Assembly (NCBI GenBank): GCA_964628035.1
Contig: CAZVPI010000008.1
Location: 29,437-93,436, forward strand
Reading direction: 5' to 3'
DNA length: 64,000 nt
Origin: an uncultured Clostridia bacterium
GTDB lineage: Bacteria; Acidobacteriota; Aminicenantia; UBA2199
How positions within the stretch are numbered: the first letter of the stretch is position 1; each line of letters starts with the position of its first letter. A program made the translations under genes and the position numbers. A model generated the notes under the pieces. The model saw only the letters and a list, made by a program, of their open reading frames with translations. It did not search any database and was not told where the DNA came from. Below are positions 32,499-41,097 of the stretch, piece after piece.

Positions 32499-33250
32499 GC
32501 GCCGTCCTGGGGCTGATCGTCGGCAGCTTCCTCAACGTGGTCATCCACCGCCTGCCGCTCGGGCAGGAGGTCGTCTTCCGCCCCTCGCACTGCCCGCGTT
32601 GCCAGGCCGCCATCCCCTGGTACCTGAACGTGCCGGTGCTGAGCTACCTGGCGCTCGGCGGGCGCTGCCGCTTCTGCCGCGCCGCCATCTCGCCGCGCTA
32701 TCCCCTCGTCGAGGTCCTGACCGCCTTCAGCTTCTGGCTGGCCTGCCACGCCTTCGGCCCCGGCCTGCACGGGGCCGCCGTCGCCGTCTTCCTCTCGCTG
32801 CTGATCGCCCTGGCCTTCATCGACCTCGCGCACATGATCCTGCCCGACGAGCTCACCCTGGGCGGCGCCGCGCTCTTCCTCGTCTACGCCTTCTTCCACC
32901 CCGAGATCGCGGCGCGCGACGCACTCCTCGCCGGTTTCGGCGCGGCCCTGTTCTTCGCCGGACTTTTTTATTTCTACCTCAAGGTGCGCAAGATCGAGGG
33001 GCTCGGCTTCGGCGACGTCAAGATGGCGCTGCTGCTCGGGCTGTTCCTGGGCCCGCGGCGCATCACGGTGGCCATCCTGCTGGCCTCGTTGTCCGGGGTG
33101 CTGGTGGGGCTGTTCTTCATCCTGTTCCGCAAGAAGGACCTGAAGCTGGCCCTGCCCTTCGGCCCCTTCCTGGCGCTGGGCGGCTACCTGTCGCTTTTCT
33201 GGGGCGAGGCGCTGCTGGCCTGGATCGGCTCGCTGTGGGGCCTGCCGTGA
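32483..33250 (+). CDS. Prepilin peptidase (A24 family, type IV leader peptidase/N-methyltransferase)
   Basis: Putative GTG start. Zinc-binding CPRC...CRFC tetracysteine pair. Catalytic Asp in AFIDLAHMILPDE and GFGDVKMALLLGLFLG. Confidence 0.8.
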   Translation: MEEALSAVLGLIVGSFLNVVIHRLPLGQEVVFRPSHCPRCQAAIPWYLNVPVLSYLALGGRCRFCRAAISPRYPLVEVLTAFSFWLACHAFGPGLHGAAVAVFLSLLIALAFIDLAHMILPDELTLGGAALFLVYAFFHPEIAARDALLAGFGAALFFAGLFYFYLKVRKIEGLGFGDVKMALLLGLFLGPRRITVAILLASLSGVLVGLFFILFRKKDLKLALPFGPFLALGGYLSLFWGEALLAWIGSLWGLP

Positions 33251-34764
33251 GGCGCTCGTCGCTGGTGCTGCTGCTGGTGGTCGAGGCGTTGTCGCTGTTC
33301 CTATTCGAGAACATGCGCTCCCTGTTCGCCAGCCTGGAGGAGAACGAACGCCAGGCGATCACGGCCCATGCCGAGCTCCAGGCCGAGCTGCACCTGCTGC
33401 GCGCCGGGGCCGGTCGGCAGGGGGACGTGCCCCTGCGCTCGGACGATTTCGCCTCCATCGCCCGCCTGCCGCGCCCCGAGTCCGGGAAGCGGCTGCTGCA
33501 GGCGGACGGCGCCCTGCGCCTGGAGATCCGCAGGCCGCTCGGCGACGGCGGGCTGCTCTTCGTCAAGGAGGTCGATTCGCCGCAGCTGCACTCGTTCCAG
33601 GGCATGCGCAAGGTGCTGTCGCTGCTGGTCCTGGTCCTGGGCCTGGCCCTGGTGGTCAGCGGCTTCACCCTGGTCTCCCAGCTGCGTCGCCGCAAGCCCG
33701 AGGAGCCCGCCGGCGCCGTAGCGCCGCTGCAGGACTACCTGGCCGACCTCAAGAACTCCCAGGCCGAGCTCCAGGAGATCGTGGCCAGCGAGCGCCGCTC
33801 TTCCAGCCGCCAGGAGGAGCTGAACCGCAGCATCCTGAACATCGTCCCCCTGGGGGTGATCTATCTGTCGGCCAACGGCCGCGTCGAGCTGTTCAACCCG
33901 GCGGCGCAGAAGCTGTTCGGCCGCAGCCTGGCCGCGGTGAAGAACGCCCCCCTGTCCCAGGCTCTGCCCGGGCACGACGGGCTGGTCGCCTTCATCCTCG
34001 GCGCCGGCCGCCGCCGCCACGCCGAGTTCGAGAGCGGCCAGGCCGTCCTGGCCGTCGACGTGGTCCCCGTGGGCGCGGGCGACGCGGGCGCCGGGGCGGG
34101 GCGGCTGGCGCTGGTGCGCGACGTCAGCGAGGAGCGCCTGCGCGAGCGGGTGCGCCGCCAGAACGAGAACCTGATCATGCTCGGCGAGATGGCCGCCTCG
34201 CTGGCCCACGAGGTGCGCAACTCGCTGGGGGTCATCCTGGGCTACACCAAGGGGCTGGGCGGCGAGGCGGAGAAGAAGGCCAAGGTCGTCAACGAAGTGC
34301 AGTTCATGACCGACATGATGGAAAGCTTCCTGCGCTTCGCCAGGCCGGTCGACAAGGTGGCGCGCCGGCCGGTGGAGATCGGGGCGCTGCTGCAGGCGGC
34401 GGCCGCGGCCCACGGCCTGGCCGTCGACCTGCCGCCCGGCCGCCTCGAGCTGGCCAGCGACCCCCTGCTGCTCAACATCATCTTCTCCAACCTGGCGCTG
34501 AACGCCCGCCAGGCCGGCGCCGCCAGGCTCACCGCCGCCTTCGCGCCGGGGGAGGCCCCGTCGGTGCTCATCAACGACGACGGCGCGGGGATCCCCGCAG
34601 CCAACGCCGAGAAGATCTGGCTGCCCTTCTTCAGCTCCCGGGACAAGGGGACGGGCATGGGGCTGGCCACGGTCAAGAAGCTGGCCGGAGCGTTGGGAGC
34701 GGACATCCGGCTGGAGAATCCGGGAGAGCCGGGAGCTAGATTCAGAATTACTTTCTACACATAG
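33247..34764 (+). CDS. Membrane-bound sensor histidine kinase (two TM segments, PAS-like region, HisKA, HATPase_c), no adjacent response regulator
   Basis: GTG overlapping the prepilin-peptidase stop. H-box MLGEMAASLAHEVRNSL. N/G boxes IIFSNLALNARQAG...DDGAGIP...GTGMGLATV. Confidence 0.8.
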   Translation: MRRSSLVLLLVVEALSLFLFENMRSLFASLEENERQAITAHAELQAELHLLRAGAGRQGDVPLRSDDFASIARLPRPESGKRLLQADGALRLEIRRPLGDGGLLFVKEVDSPQLHSFQGMRKVLSLLVLVLGLALVVSGFTLVSQLRRRKPEEPAGAVAPLQDYLADLKNSQAELQEIVASERRSSSRQEELNRSILNIVPLGVIYLSANGRVELFNPAAQKLFGRSLAAVKNAPLSQALPGHDGLVAFILGAGRRRHAEFESGQAVLAVDVVPVGAGDAGAGAGRLALVRDVSEERLRERVRRQNENLIMLGEMAASLAHEVRNSLGVILGYTKGLGGEAEKKAKVVNEVQFMTDMMESFLRFARPVDKVARRPVEIGALLQAAAAAHGLAVDLPPGRLELASDPLLLNIIFSNLALNARQAGAARLTAAFAPGEAPSVLINDDGAGIPAANAEKIWLPFFSSRDKGTGMGLATVKKLAGALGADIRLENPGEPGARFRITFYT

Positions 34765-34789
34765 CGGTCAGTCAGCTAGAACTCCAAAC

Positions 34790-34825
34790 TCGTCAGCATC
34801 TTGAAGGTACGCCGGCCCACCCAGG
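34790..34825 (+). repeat. Partial family B repeat
   Basis: TCGTCAGCATCTTGAAGGTACGCCGGCCCACCCAGG. Confidence 0.4.
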
Positions 34826-34832
34826 CGCCACG

Positions 34833-35044
34833 CCGGCGTCCCTGGCAAGGGCGCCGTCCCCGAGGGACAGGCTGCCTGAGGGGGACCGGCGTCCCTGGCA
34901 AGGGCGCCGTCCCCGAAGGACAGGCTGCCTGAGGGGGACCGGCGTCCCCGGCAAGGGCGCCGTCCCCGAGGGACAGGCTGCCTGAGGGGGACCGGCGTCC
35001 CCGGCAAGGGCGCCGTCCCCGAGCGGGGTTCCACGTTCCACGGT
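34833..35044. repeat. 53-bp tandem repeat, four copies, non-coding
   Basis: Unit CCGGCGTCCC(T/C)GGCAAGGGCGCCGTCCCCGA(G/A)GGACAGGCTGCCTGAGGGGGA starts at 34833, 34886, 34939 and 34992. Each unit contains GTCCC..GGGAC and CAGGC..GCCTG mini-palindromes. Confidence 0.85.
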
Positions 35045-35163
35045 GGCGAGCATAAGGTGCCTGGGGGCATGTTGAGCTCCAGGCATTTTCCCCGGCTGAA
35101 ACAATAGAGTCCGAGAATGGCTGTTGCTGACACCAACGCTAACACCAACACTCGTTGTTCGGT

Positions 35164-35169
35164 TATAAT
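35164..35169 (+). promoter_or_regulatory. Candidate -10 box (TATAAT) immediately upstream of ispD, possible leaderless transcript
   Basis: GGTTATAATATGCCCATGAAAACC. The TATAAT ends 6 nt before the ATG at 35176. There is no SD sequence. Confidence 0.3.
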
Positions 35170-35175
35170 ATGCCC

Positions 35176-35853
35176 ATGAAAACCACAGCCATCATCCTGG
35201 CCGGGGGCACGGGGTCCCGTTTCAAGAGCAAGGAACCGAAACAGTTCCACAAGCTGGGAAAAAGGACATTGCTCGACCACTGCCTGCAGCGTTTCCAGGA
35301 GCACAAGGACATCGCGGAGATCGTCCTGGTCTGCCCCAAGGCCTTCCTGGGGAAGGCGCAAACGATCGCCGCCGGGTACAAGAAGGTGGCGATGGTCGTT
35401 GCCGGCGGCAGGACCAGGCAGCAGTCGTCGGCCATCGGCGTAGCCGCGGCCGGGAGCGCCGAGTTCGTCCTCATCCACGATGCGGCGCGAGCCGTGGTGC
35501 CGAGGGATGTCATCACCCGGGTGCTGAAGGCCCTGGCCCGCAGCGCCGCCGTCATGCCGGTGCTGGCCGCGGGGGACACCCTTGTGCGCGTGGACGACAA
35601 GGGAACGGTGAACGCCGTGCTCGATCGCGAAAAGCTGCGCCGCGTCCAGACCCCCCAGGGCTTCCGCGCTTCGATCATCCGCATCGCCCACCGCCTGGCC
35701 CAGGAAGACGGCAAGACCGACGCTCCCGATGACTGTTCGTTGATCCTGGCATACGGCCTGGCCCCGATCGCGACCGTGGAAGGAGACGCGGCCAATATCA
35801 AGATCACGGTTCCCCTGGATCTGAAACTGGCGGAGCCAATCCTGAAAACCTAG
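35176..35853 (+). CDS. ispD: 2-C-methyl-D-erythritol 4-phosphate cytidylyltransferase
   Basis: MKTTAIILAGGTGSRF is the IspD P-loop. VQTPQGFR. Confidence 0.85.
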   Translation: MKTTAIILAGGTGSRFKSKEPKQFHKLGKRTLLDHCLQRFQEHKDIAEIVLVCPKAFLGKAQTIAAGYKKVAMVVAGGRTRQQSSAIGVAAAGSAEFVLIHDAARAVVPRDVITRVLKALARSAAVMPVLAAGDTLVRVDDKGTVNAVLDREKLRRVQTPQGFRASIIRIAHRLAQEDGKTDAPDDCSLILAYGLAPIATVEGDAANIKITVPLDLKLAEPILKT

Positions 35854-35861
35854 TGATCAGA

Positions 35862-35960
35862 GACGGCAAACGAGCGAACTAGCTTGGTGATTCGTAATTC
35901 GTGATCAGTGATTGGAACGGCATTGGTGGCGATCTCTAGCGAGCTATGGTGATTCGTAAT
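35862..35960. repeat. Direct repeat TGGTGATTCGTAATTCGTGAT x2 (family 4 relative)
   Basis: Copies at about 35869-35889 and 35938-35958. Confidence 0.5.
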
Positions 35961-35964
35961 TCGT

Positions 35965-36062
35965 GATTCTAGAAGAAAAATAGGTGAACGGTGTACGGTT
36001 TACGGTGTACGGGAAAATCCTAAGCCACCCAAGTCGTTCTTAGGCTTCTTCGTCTACCGTCC
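35965..36062. repeat. Short family 3 element (GGTGTACGG-type ends)
   Basis: GTGAACGGTGTACGGTTTACGGTGTACGG ... CGTCTACCGTCCACC. Confidence 0.4.
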
Positions 36063-36195
36063 ACCCAAAGTTGTTTATTCCTTTTACCTTTTACCTGCAA
36101 AGCACTCTTGCTTTACCCCCCCACCCCTTTACCCCTCTCCCCTGAATCCTGCTGTCAATTCCCGGGCGAATGCGCTATAATACGCCCCGTACCCC

Positions 36196-39100
36196 ATGAG
36201 CAAAAAACGCTTTCTCTTCACCGGTGGCGGCACCGGCGGCCACGTCTATCCCAATGTCGCCATCTACGAGGCGCTGAAGGAGAAGCATCCCGACGCCGAG
36301 TTCCTCTACGTGGGCACGCGCCGCGGCAGCGAGGCCTCGATCATCCCCTCCCTGCCCCAGCCCATGGAGTTCGTCGCCGTTCCCGCCCTGGGCCTGCCGC
36401 AGCGGCTGAAAAGCCCCAGGACGCTCCTGGCCGTCTTGGCCATCCTGTGGGGGGCGTTGCGCAGCCTGTTCATCCTGCGCCGCTTCAAGCCCGACGTGAT
36501 CATCGGCAGCGGCGGCTACGCGGCGGCGCCGGTGCTGCTGGCCGCGGCCCTGCTGCGCAGGCCGGTGTTCATCCACGAGCAGAACGCCGTGCCCGGGCGC
36601 ATGAACCTGTTCATCGCCCGCTTCGCCGCCAGGATCGGCGTCGCCTTCCCCTCGACGGCGGCGTTTTTCCCGGCGGCCAAGGTGGTCCAGGCCGGCTATC
36701 CGCTGCGCAAGTCGATCCGCGCCGCGGCCGCCAACGCCGCGGCGGCGCGGGAGAGGCTGGACATCCCGCCCAATAGCCGCGTCCTCTTCATCTGCAGCGG
36801 CAGCATGGGGGCGCGCACCATCAACCGCGCCGCGGTCGAGGCCATGCCGCGCCTGCTCTCCATCCCCAACCTCTTCGTCGTCATGTCGACAGGCAAGGCC
36901 TACGGCAAGGCCTACAAGGCCTACGACGACACGGTGAGCCGGCTGGAGCGCATGGGCTATCCCCCGCAGATCGAAGGCCGGCTGCTGGTGCAGGAGTATT
37001 TCGACCCGGTCGCCGACGTTTACGCCGTGTCCGACCTGGTGGTGGCCCGGGCCGGCGCCGGCACAGTCCAGGAGCTCGGGGCCCGCGGGCTGCCCGCCAT
37101 CCTGGTGCCCAAGATCGACCTGCCCGGAGACCACCAGGTGCTGAACGCCCGCGAGGTCGAGAAGGCCGGCGGCGCCCGCGTCCTCTATGAGGAGGCGCAG
37201 CCGGGTGGCAAGGCGGGGCGGATCGTCCTGTCCGCCGACTCCCTGGCCTCGGCGGTCGAGGAGCTGCTCGCCGCCCCCGAGCAGCTGGGAACCATGCGCC
37301 GCCACCAGCTGGCTGGCGAAAGGCGCGACAGCGCCGCCGTCATCCTGGAGGCGCTGGAGCGCATGGAAGCCGGCCGCGAGAAGGCCGAAACCGGCGAGAT
37401 CAAGGTCTTCTACCTGCAGGCGGTCGACGAGGAGAAGAACCTGGAGCTCCCCTTCCCCTCGACGGTGGTCGGCAACACGTTCCTGAGCGACGTGGTGCTG
37501 GAAAAGGCCGCCGCCCCCGTCCGCTTCACCATCAAGCTCCTGCCCGAGGGCGATGTTCCGGCCATGGTCCGCCTGCAGCGCGGCCGCGTGCTGCTCAACG
37601 GCCGCCCGGTCAGCGACTGGCTGCCCCTGCATTCCGGTGACCGGCTGGAGGTCGAGGATCACGCCTACGTTTTCAAGAGCTACCAGGAAAAGGTCGCCGA
37701 CAAGGACCGCAGCGTCTGCCCCAGCGCCGCCGCCCATCCCGGCTCGCCCCTGGTGGCGCGGCTGGCCGACTTCGGCCGCGCCATCGCCGCCGCAGCCCTG
37801 TTCGGCGCCGGCCGCGTGGTCGACGCCTTCACCGCCGCCCTGGCCGTCGTCGGCTTCCTGCGCCGGCTGGTCGGCGCCAACGCCATGAGCCGCGTCTTCA
37901 TGCCCATCTTCGCCCGCCTCTTCCAGCGCGCCTCGCGGGGCAAGGCCTGGGAGGCGGCCACGGCGCTGAGCGCCGGCACCGCCCTGCTGTCTCTGGCCAT
38001 CGCCGTGCTGGGCCTGCTGCTGGCGCCGGCGCTCGTGGGCCTGGCCTTCCCCGGCTTCGGCCCAGGCGGCACCGCCACCACGGCGGCCAACATGCTGCGC
38101 ACGCTGCTGCCCGCGGCCTTCCTGGGCACGCTGGCGGCGCTGGCCTCCGTCTACCTGCGCGCCTTCGGCAGGCGCCTCGTCACCGAGGCCTCGGGCCTGC
38201 TGTTCACCGTCGCGGCCATCGCCGGCATTTTCCTCTTTTACCACGGCAGCGGCCCCTATGCCCTGGCCTGGAGCATCCTCCTGGCCTCGCTGCTGCAGGT
38301 GGCCCTGCTGGCCCCCTACCTGGCCGCGACCCTGGCCCGGCCCGAGCTGGAGTTCGTCTTCCGGCCGTCGTTCCGCGCCTCGCGCCAGGTGAACCGCAAG
38401 TACGTCGCCCGCCTGGCGCCGGCCGGCCTGGGCGCCGCCCTGTCCCACGCGCCGCCGCTGATCGAGCGCTGCATCGGCTCCTGGCTGGCGGTCGGCTCGG
38501 TCTCGGCCCTCTATTTAGCCACCGAGCTGGCCCGCCTGCCCTTCACCCTGGTGGCGCGCGCCGCCCAGGGCCGGACGCTGCGCGACCGCCAGGCCCCGGT
38601 CATGCCCATGGACCGGGCGCGGCAGAGCCGGGTGCTGGCCGACGGCTTCCGCGACAACCTGTTCCTGCTGGCGCCGCTTTCGATCCTGCTGGTCGTGCTG
38701 GCCGGCCCCTTCGTCTCGCTGCTGCTCGCCCGCGGCCACTTCTCCGCCGCCGAGGCGGCGGCCACGGCCCGCGTCCTGCAGTTTTACGCCATCGGCCTCA
38801 GCGGCTGGGGGCTGCAGGCGCTGACCGCGCGCCTGTTCCACTCGCGCCTGGAGGAGCGCAGCGCCATCGTCACCGACCTGCTGCTGCTGGCCGTGCAGCT
38901 GCCGCTCACGGTCGCCCTGGCGCGCACCAGCCTGGGCGTCGCCGGCATCGCCCTGGCCGCCTCGCTGGCGGCGCTGGCGGTCGGCCTGGGCCGCGTCGCC
39001 CTGCTGCAGCTGCGCCTGCGCCGCGAAGGGGCGGCCCCGGCGGCGGGCGAATTCGCCTCCTCGACGCTGAAGACCCTCGGCGCCTCGCTGCTGATGGTCA

Positions 39101-39975
39101 TCGCCCTGGCCGAGGCCGAGTTCGTCTTCCGCCGCATCGAGTTCCGCGTGCCCTTCTGGCGCGACCTGATCCTCTGCGTGTCGCTGGCCTTCATGGGCAC
39201 GGCGGTCTATCTCCTGGCCTCGCTGCTGCTCAAGAACAAGGGCATCCTGATGTTCCGCAAGCGCCGGCGCGACCGGCGCAACGGCGCCCCGCTGTCGCTG
39301 CTGTCGCCGTTCCGCTTCCTGGACGTGGTCTCGGCCAACCCCGATTTCTACAAGGCCGAGTACCGCTACAAGACCGGCGTCTACCTGGCCAGCCCTTCCT
39401 GGGAGGTGCGCAACGTCGGCATCAAGCTGGCCGGGCTGTTCAAGGACCGCTCCAAGGTCCCGTACCTGACCGACCTGCTGAACAGCGGCCGGGCCAACGG
39501 TTTCATGCGCCGCAACGCCCTGCAGGCGCTGCGCAGCATCAACCCCTGGGGCCCGGAGCTGGAGGAACTGGCCCTGCGCCTGCTCCGCGACCGCTACTAC
39601 GAGGTGCGCAGCGCCGCCATCGACTGGCTGGGGCAGAACATCGGCGAGGCCGGATACGCCCGCCTGCGGCCGCTGCTGGAACGGCGCCTGGCGCGGGGCG
39701 GCATCCAGGAAAAGACCGCCTGCCTGCGCCTGGTCGCACGCAAGGGCGGTCTGGAGGACCTGCCGCGGCTGCGCCGGCTCTACCTGCACAGCAGCTCGCT
39801 GCTGCGCGAGGAGGTGCTGGAGGCCCTCTACTCCTTCCTGCGCCGCGGCCTGCTCGAGGCCGACGCCGCGCGCCGCGAGGCCCGGCAGGTGCTGGTCACC
39901 TCCGACCACCTGACCCCCGAGTTCCGCGTCAAGTCCATCCTGCTGCGCATCCTCCGCGAGAGTGAACGCCCATGA
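36196..39975 (+). CDS. Single 1259-aa polypeptide fusing MurG (GT28 lipid II glycosyltransferase), an FHA-like domain, MurJ/MviN (lipid II flippase) and C-terminal HEAT repeats
   Basis: Residues 1-395 are MurG (RFLFTGGGTGGHVYPNVAI is the G-loop, GSGGYAAAP). Residues 405-495 are FHA-like (VVGNTFLSDVVL...RVLLNGRPV...GDRLEV). Residues 515-1040 are MurJ (FGAGRVVDAFTAALAVVGFLRRLVGANAMSRVFMPIFARL, about 14 TM helices). Residues 1070-1259 are HEAT-like repeats (EVRSAAIDWLGQ, RRNALQALRSI). There is no stop or frame break at the junctions in the supplied track. Confidence 0.8.
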   Translation: MSKKRFLFTGGGTGGHVYPNVAIYEALKEKHPDAEFLYVGTRRGSEASIIPSLPQPMEFVAVPALGLPQRLKSPRTLLAVLAILWGALRSLFILRRFKPDVIIGSGGYAAAPVLLAAALLRRPVFIHEQNAVPGRMNLFIARFAARIGVAFPSTAAFFPAAKVVQAGYPLRKSIRAAAANAAAARERLDIPPNSRVLFICSGSMGARTINRAAVEAMPRLLSIPNLFVVMSTGKAYGKAYKAYDDTVSRLERMGYPPQIEGRLLVQEYFDPVADVYAVSDLVVARAGAGTVQELGARGLPAILVPKIDLPGDHQVLNAREVEKAGGARVLYEEAQPGGKAGRIVLSADSLASAVEELLAAPEQLGTMRRHQLAGERRDSAAVILEALERMEAGREKAETGEIKVFYLQAVDEEKNLELPFPSTVVGNTFLSDVVLEKAAAPVRFTIKLLPEGDVPAMVRLQRGRVLLNGRPVSDWLPLHSGDRLEVEDHAYVFKSYQEKVADKDRSVCPSAAAHPGSPLVARLADFGRAIAAAALFGAGRVVDAFTAALAVVGFLRRLVGANAMSRVFMPIFARLFQRASRGKAWEAATALSAGTALLSLAIAVLGLLLAPALVGLAFPGFGPGGTATTAANMLRTLLPAAFLGTLAALASVYLRAFGRRLVTEASGLLFTVAAIAGIFLFYHGSGPYALAWSILLASLLQVALLAPYLAATLARPELEFVFRPSFRASRQVNRKYVARLAPAGLGAALSHAPPLIERCIGSWLAVGSVSALYLATELARLPFTLVARAAQGRTLRDRQAPVMPMDRARQSRVLADGFRDNLFLLAPLSILLVVLAGPFVSLLLARGHFSAAEAAATARVLQFYAIGLSGWGLQALTARLFHSRLEERSAIVTDLLLLAVQLPLTVALARTSLGVAGIALAASLAALAVGLGRVALLQLRLRREGAAPAAGEFASSTLKTLGASLLMVIALAEAEFVFRRIEFRVPFWRDLILCVSLAFMGTAVYLLASLLLKNKGILMFRKRRRDRRNGAPLSLLSPFRFLDVVSANPDFYKAEYRYKTGVYLASPSWEVRNVGIKLAGLFKDRSKVPYLTDLLNSGRANGFMRRNALQALRSINPWGPELEELALRLLRDRYYEVRSAAIDWLGQNIGEAGYARLRPLLERRLARGGIQEKTACLRLVARKGGLEDLPRLRRLYLHSSSLLREEVLEALYSFLRRGLLEADAARREARQVLVTSDHLTPEFRVKSILLRILRESERP

Positions 39976-41078
39976 TCGCCTGGCTCAGTGAACTGTTCGC
40001 CGACCTGCCCGGGCAGCGGCTGCTGACCTACATCACCTTCCGCGCCCTGATGGCCATCCTCACCTCGTTCGCCGTGGGCATCGTGCTGGGGCGGCGCATC
40101 ATCCGCGCCATCTACCAGCTGAACTTCCGCGACCGCGCCCGCGACTTCGGCGACATGTCGCCGCGCAACAAGGACGGCACGCCGACCATGGGCGGGCTGA
40201 TCCTCTTCTTCTCCATGCTGGTCTCGGCGCTGCTGTGGGGCAGCTGGCGCAAGCCCAACGACTTTTTCCTGATCACCATCCTGTTCACCGCCTTCTGGTT
40301 CACGGCGCTGGGCTTCTTCGACGACTACCTGAAGAACATCCGCGGCTCCAGCGACCTGGGCATGAACCGCGGCCTGAAGCTGCTGCTGCAGGGGCTGTTC
40401 GGCGTCATCCTGGCCCTGCTGGTGCTGGGAAGGGAATCGTCGCCGTTCGTCGCCGGCACGGCCACCCTGCTGCATGTCCCCTTCTTCAAGACGCCGCTGG
40501 TCGACCTGGGCGTCCTCTATTACCCGTTCATCGTGCTGGCGGTGATCGCCATCGCCAACGCCATCAACTTCGCCGACGGCCTCGACGGCCTGGCCAGCGT
40601 CCCCTCGGGGCTGGTGAGCGCCGTCTACGCCGTCTTCGCCTACATCATCGGCAACTCGATCGCCGCCAAGTACCTCTGGTTCTCCTACATCCCCGGGGCC
40701 GGCGAGCTGGTGGTGGCCCTGGCGGCGCTGGTCGGCGCCCTGGCCGCCTTCCTGTGGTTCAACGCCTACCCGGCCGAGGTGTTCATGGGCGACACCGGCT
40801 CGCTGCTCATCGGCGGCGTCATCGCCACGTCGGCGGTGCTGCTGAAGCAGGAGCTGCTGTTCCTGATCGCCGGCGGCGTCTTCGTCATCGAGTTCCTGTC
40901 GGTCTTCATCCAGGACGTCATCGGCATCAAGCTGCTCAAGCGGCGCCTCTTCTACCGCGCCCCCATCCACCACACCTTCCAGTTCCTGGGCATCGCCGAG
41001 CCCAAAATCGTCGTCCGTTTCTGGATCCTGGCCGTGATCTTCACCCTGGTCAGCCTGATCAGCATCAAGCTGCGCTGA
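39972..41078 (+). CDS. mraY: Phospho-N-acetylmuramoyl-pentapeptide transferase
   Basis: Its ATG overlaps the fusion gene stop (ATGA). MraY motifs NAINFADGLDGLA and FMGDTGSL. 10 TM helices. Confidence 0.9.
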   Translation: MIAWLSELFADLPGQRLLTYITFRALMAILTSFAVGIVLGRRIIRAIYQLNFRDRARDFGDMSPRNKDGTPTMGGLILFFSMLVSALLWGSWRKPNDFFLITILFTAFWFTALGFFDDYLKNIRGSSDLGMNRGLKLLLQGLFGVILALLVLGRESSPFVAGTATLLHVPFFKTPLVDLGVLYYPFIVLAVIAIANAINFADGLDGLASVPSGLVSAVYAVFAYIIGNSIAAKYLWFSYIPGAGELVVALAALVGALAAFLWFNAYPAEVFMGDTGSLLIGGVIATSAVLLKQELLFLIAGGVFVIEFLSVFIQDVIGIKLLKRRLFYRAPIHHTFQFLGIAEPKIVVRFWILAVIFTLVSLISIKLR

Positions 41079-41097
41079 AGCGCCCGCGAGGAGCCCC

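Noticed and set aside
34833-35044. 53-bp tandem array considered as a CRISPR array
   Set aside because: The units are directly adjacent with no unique spacers, and there is no cas gene or leader. It is a plain tandem repeat.
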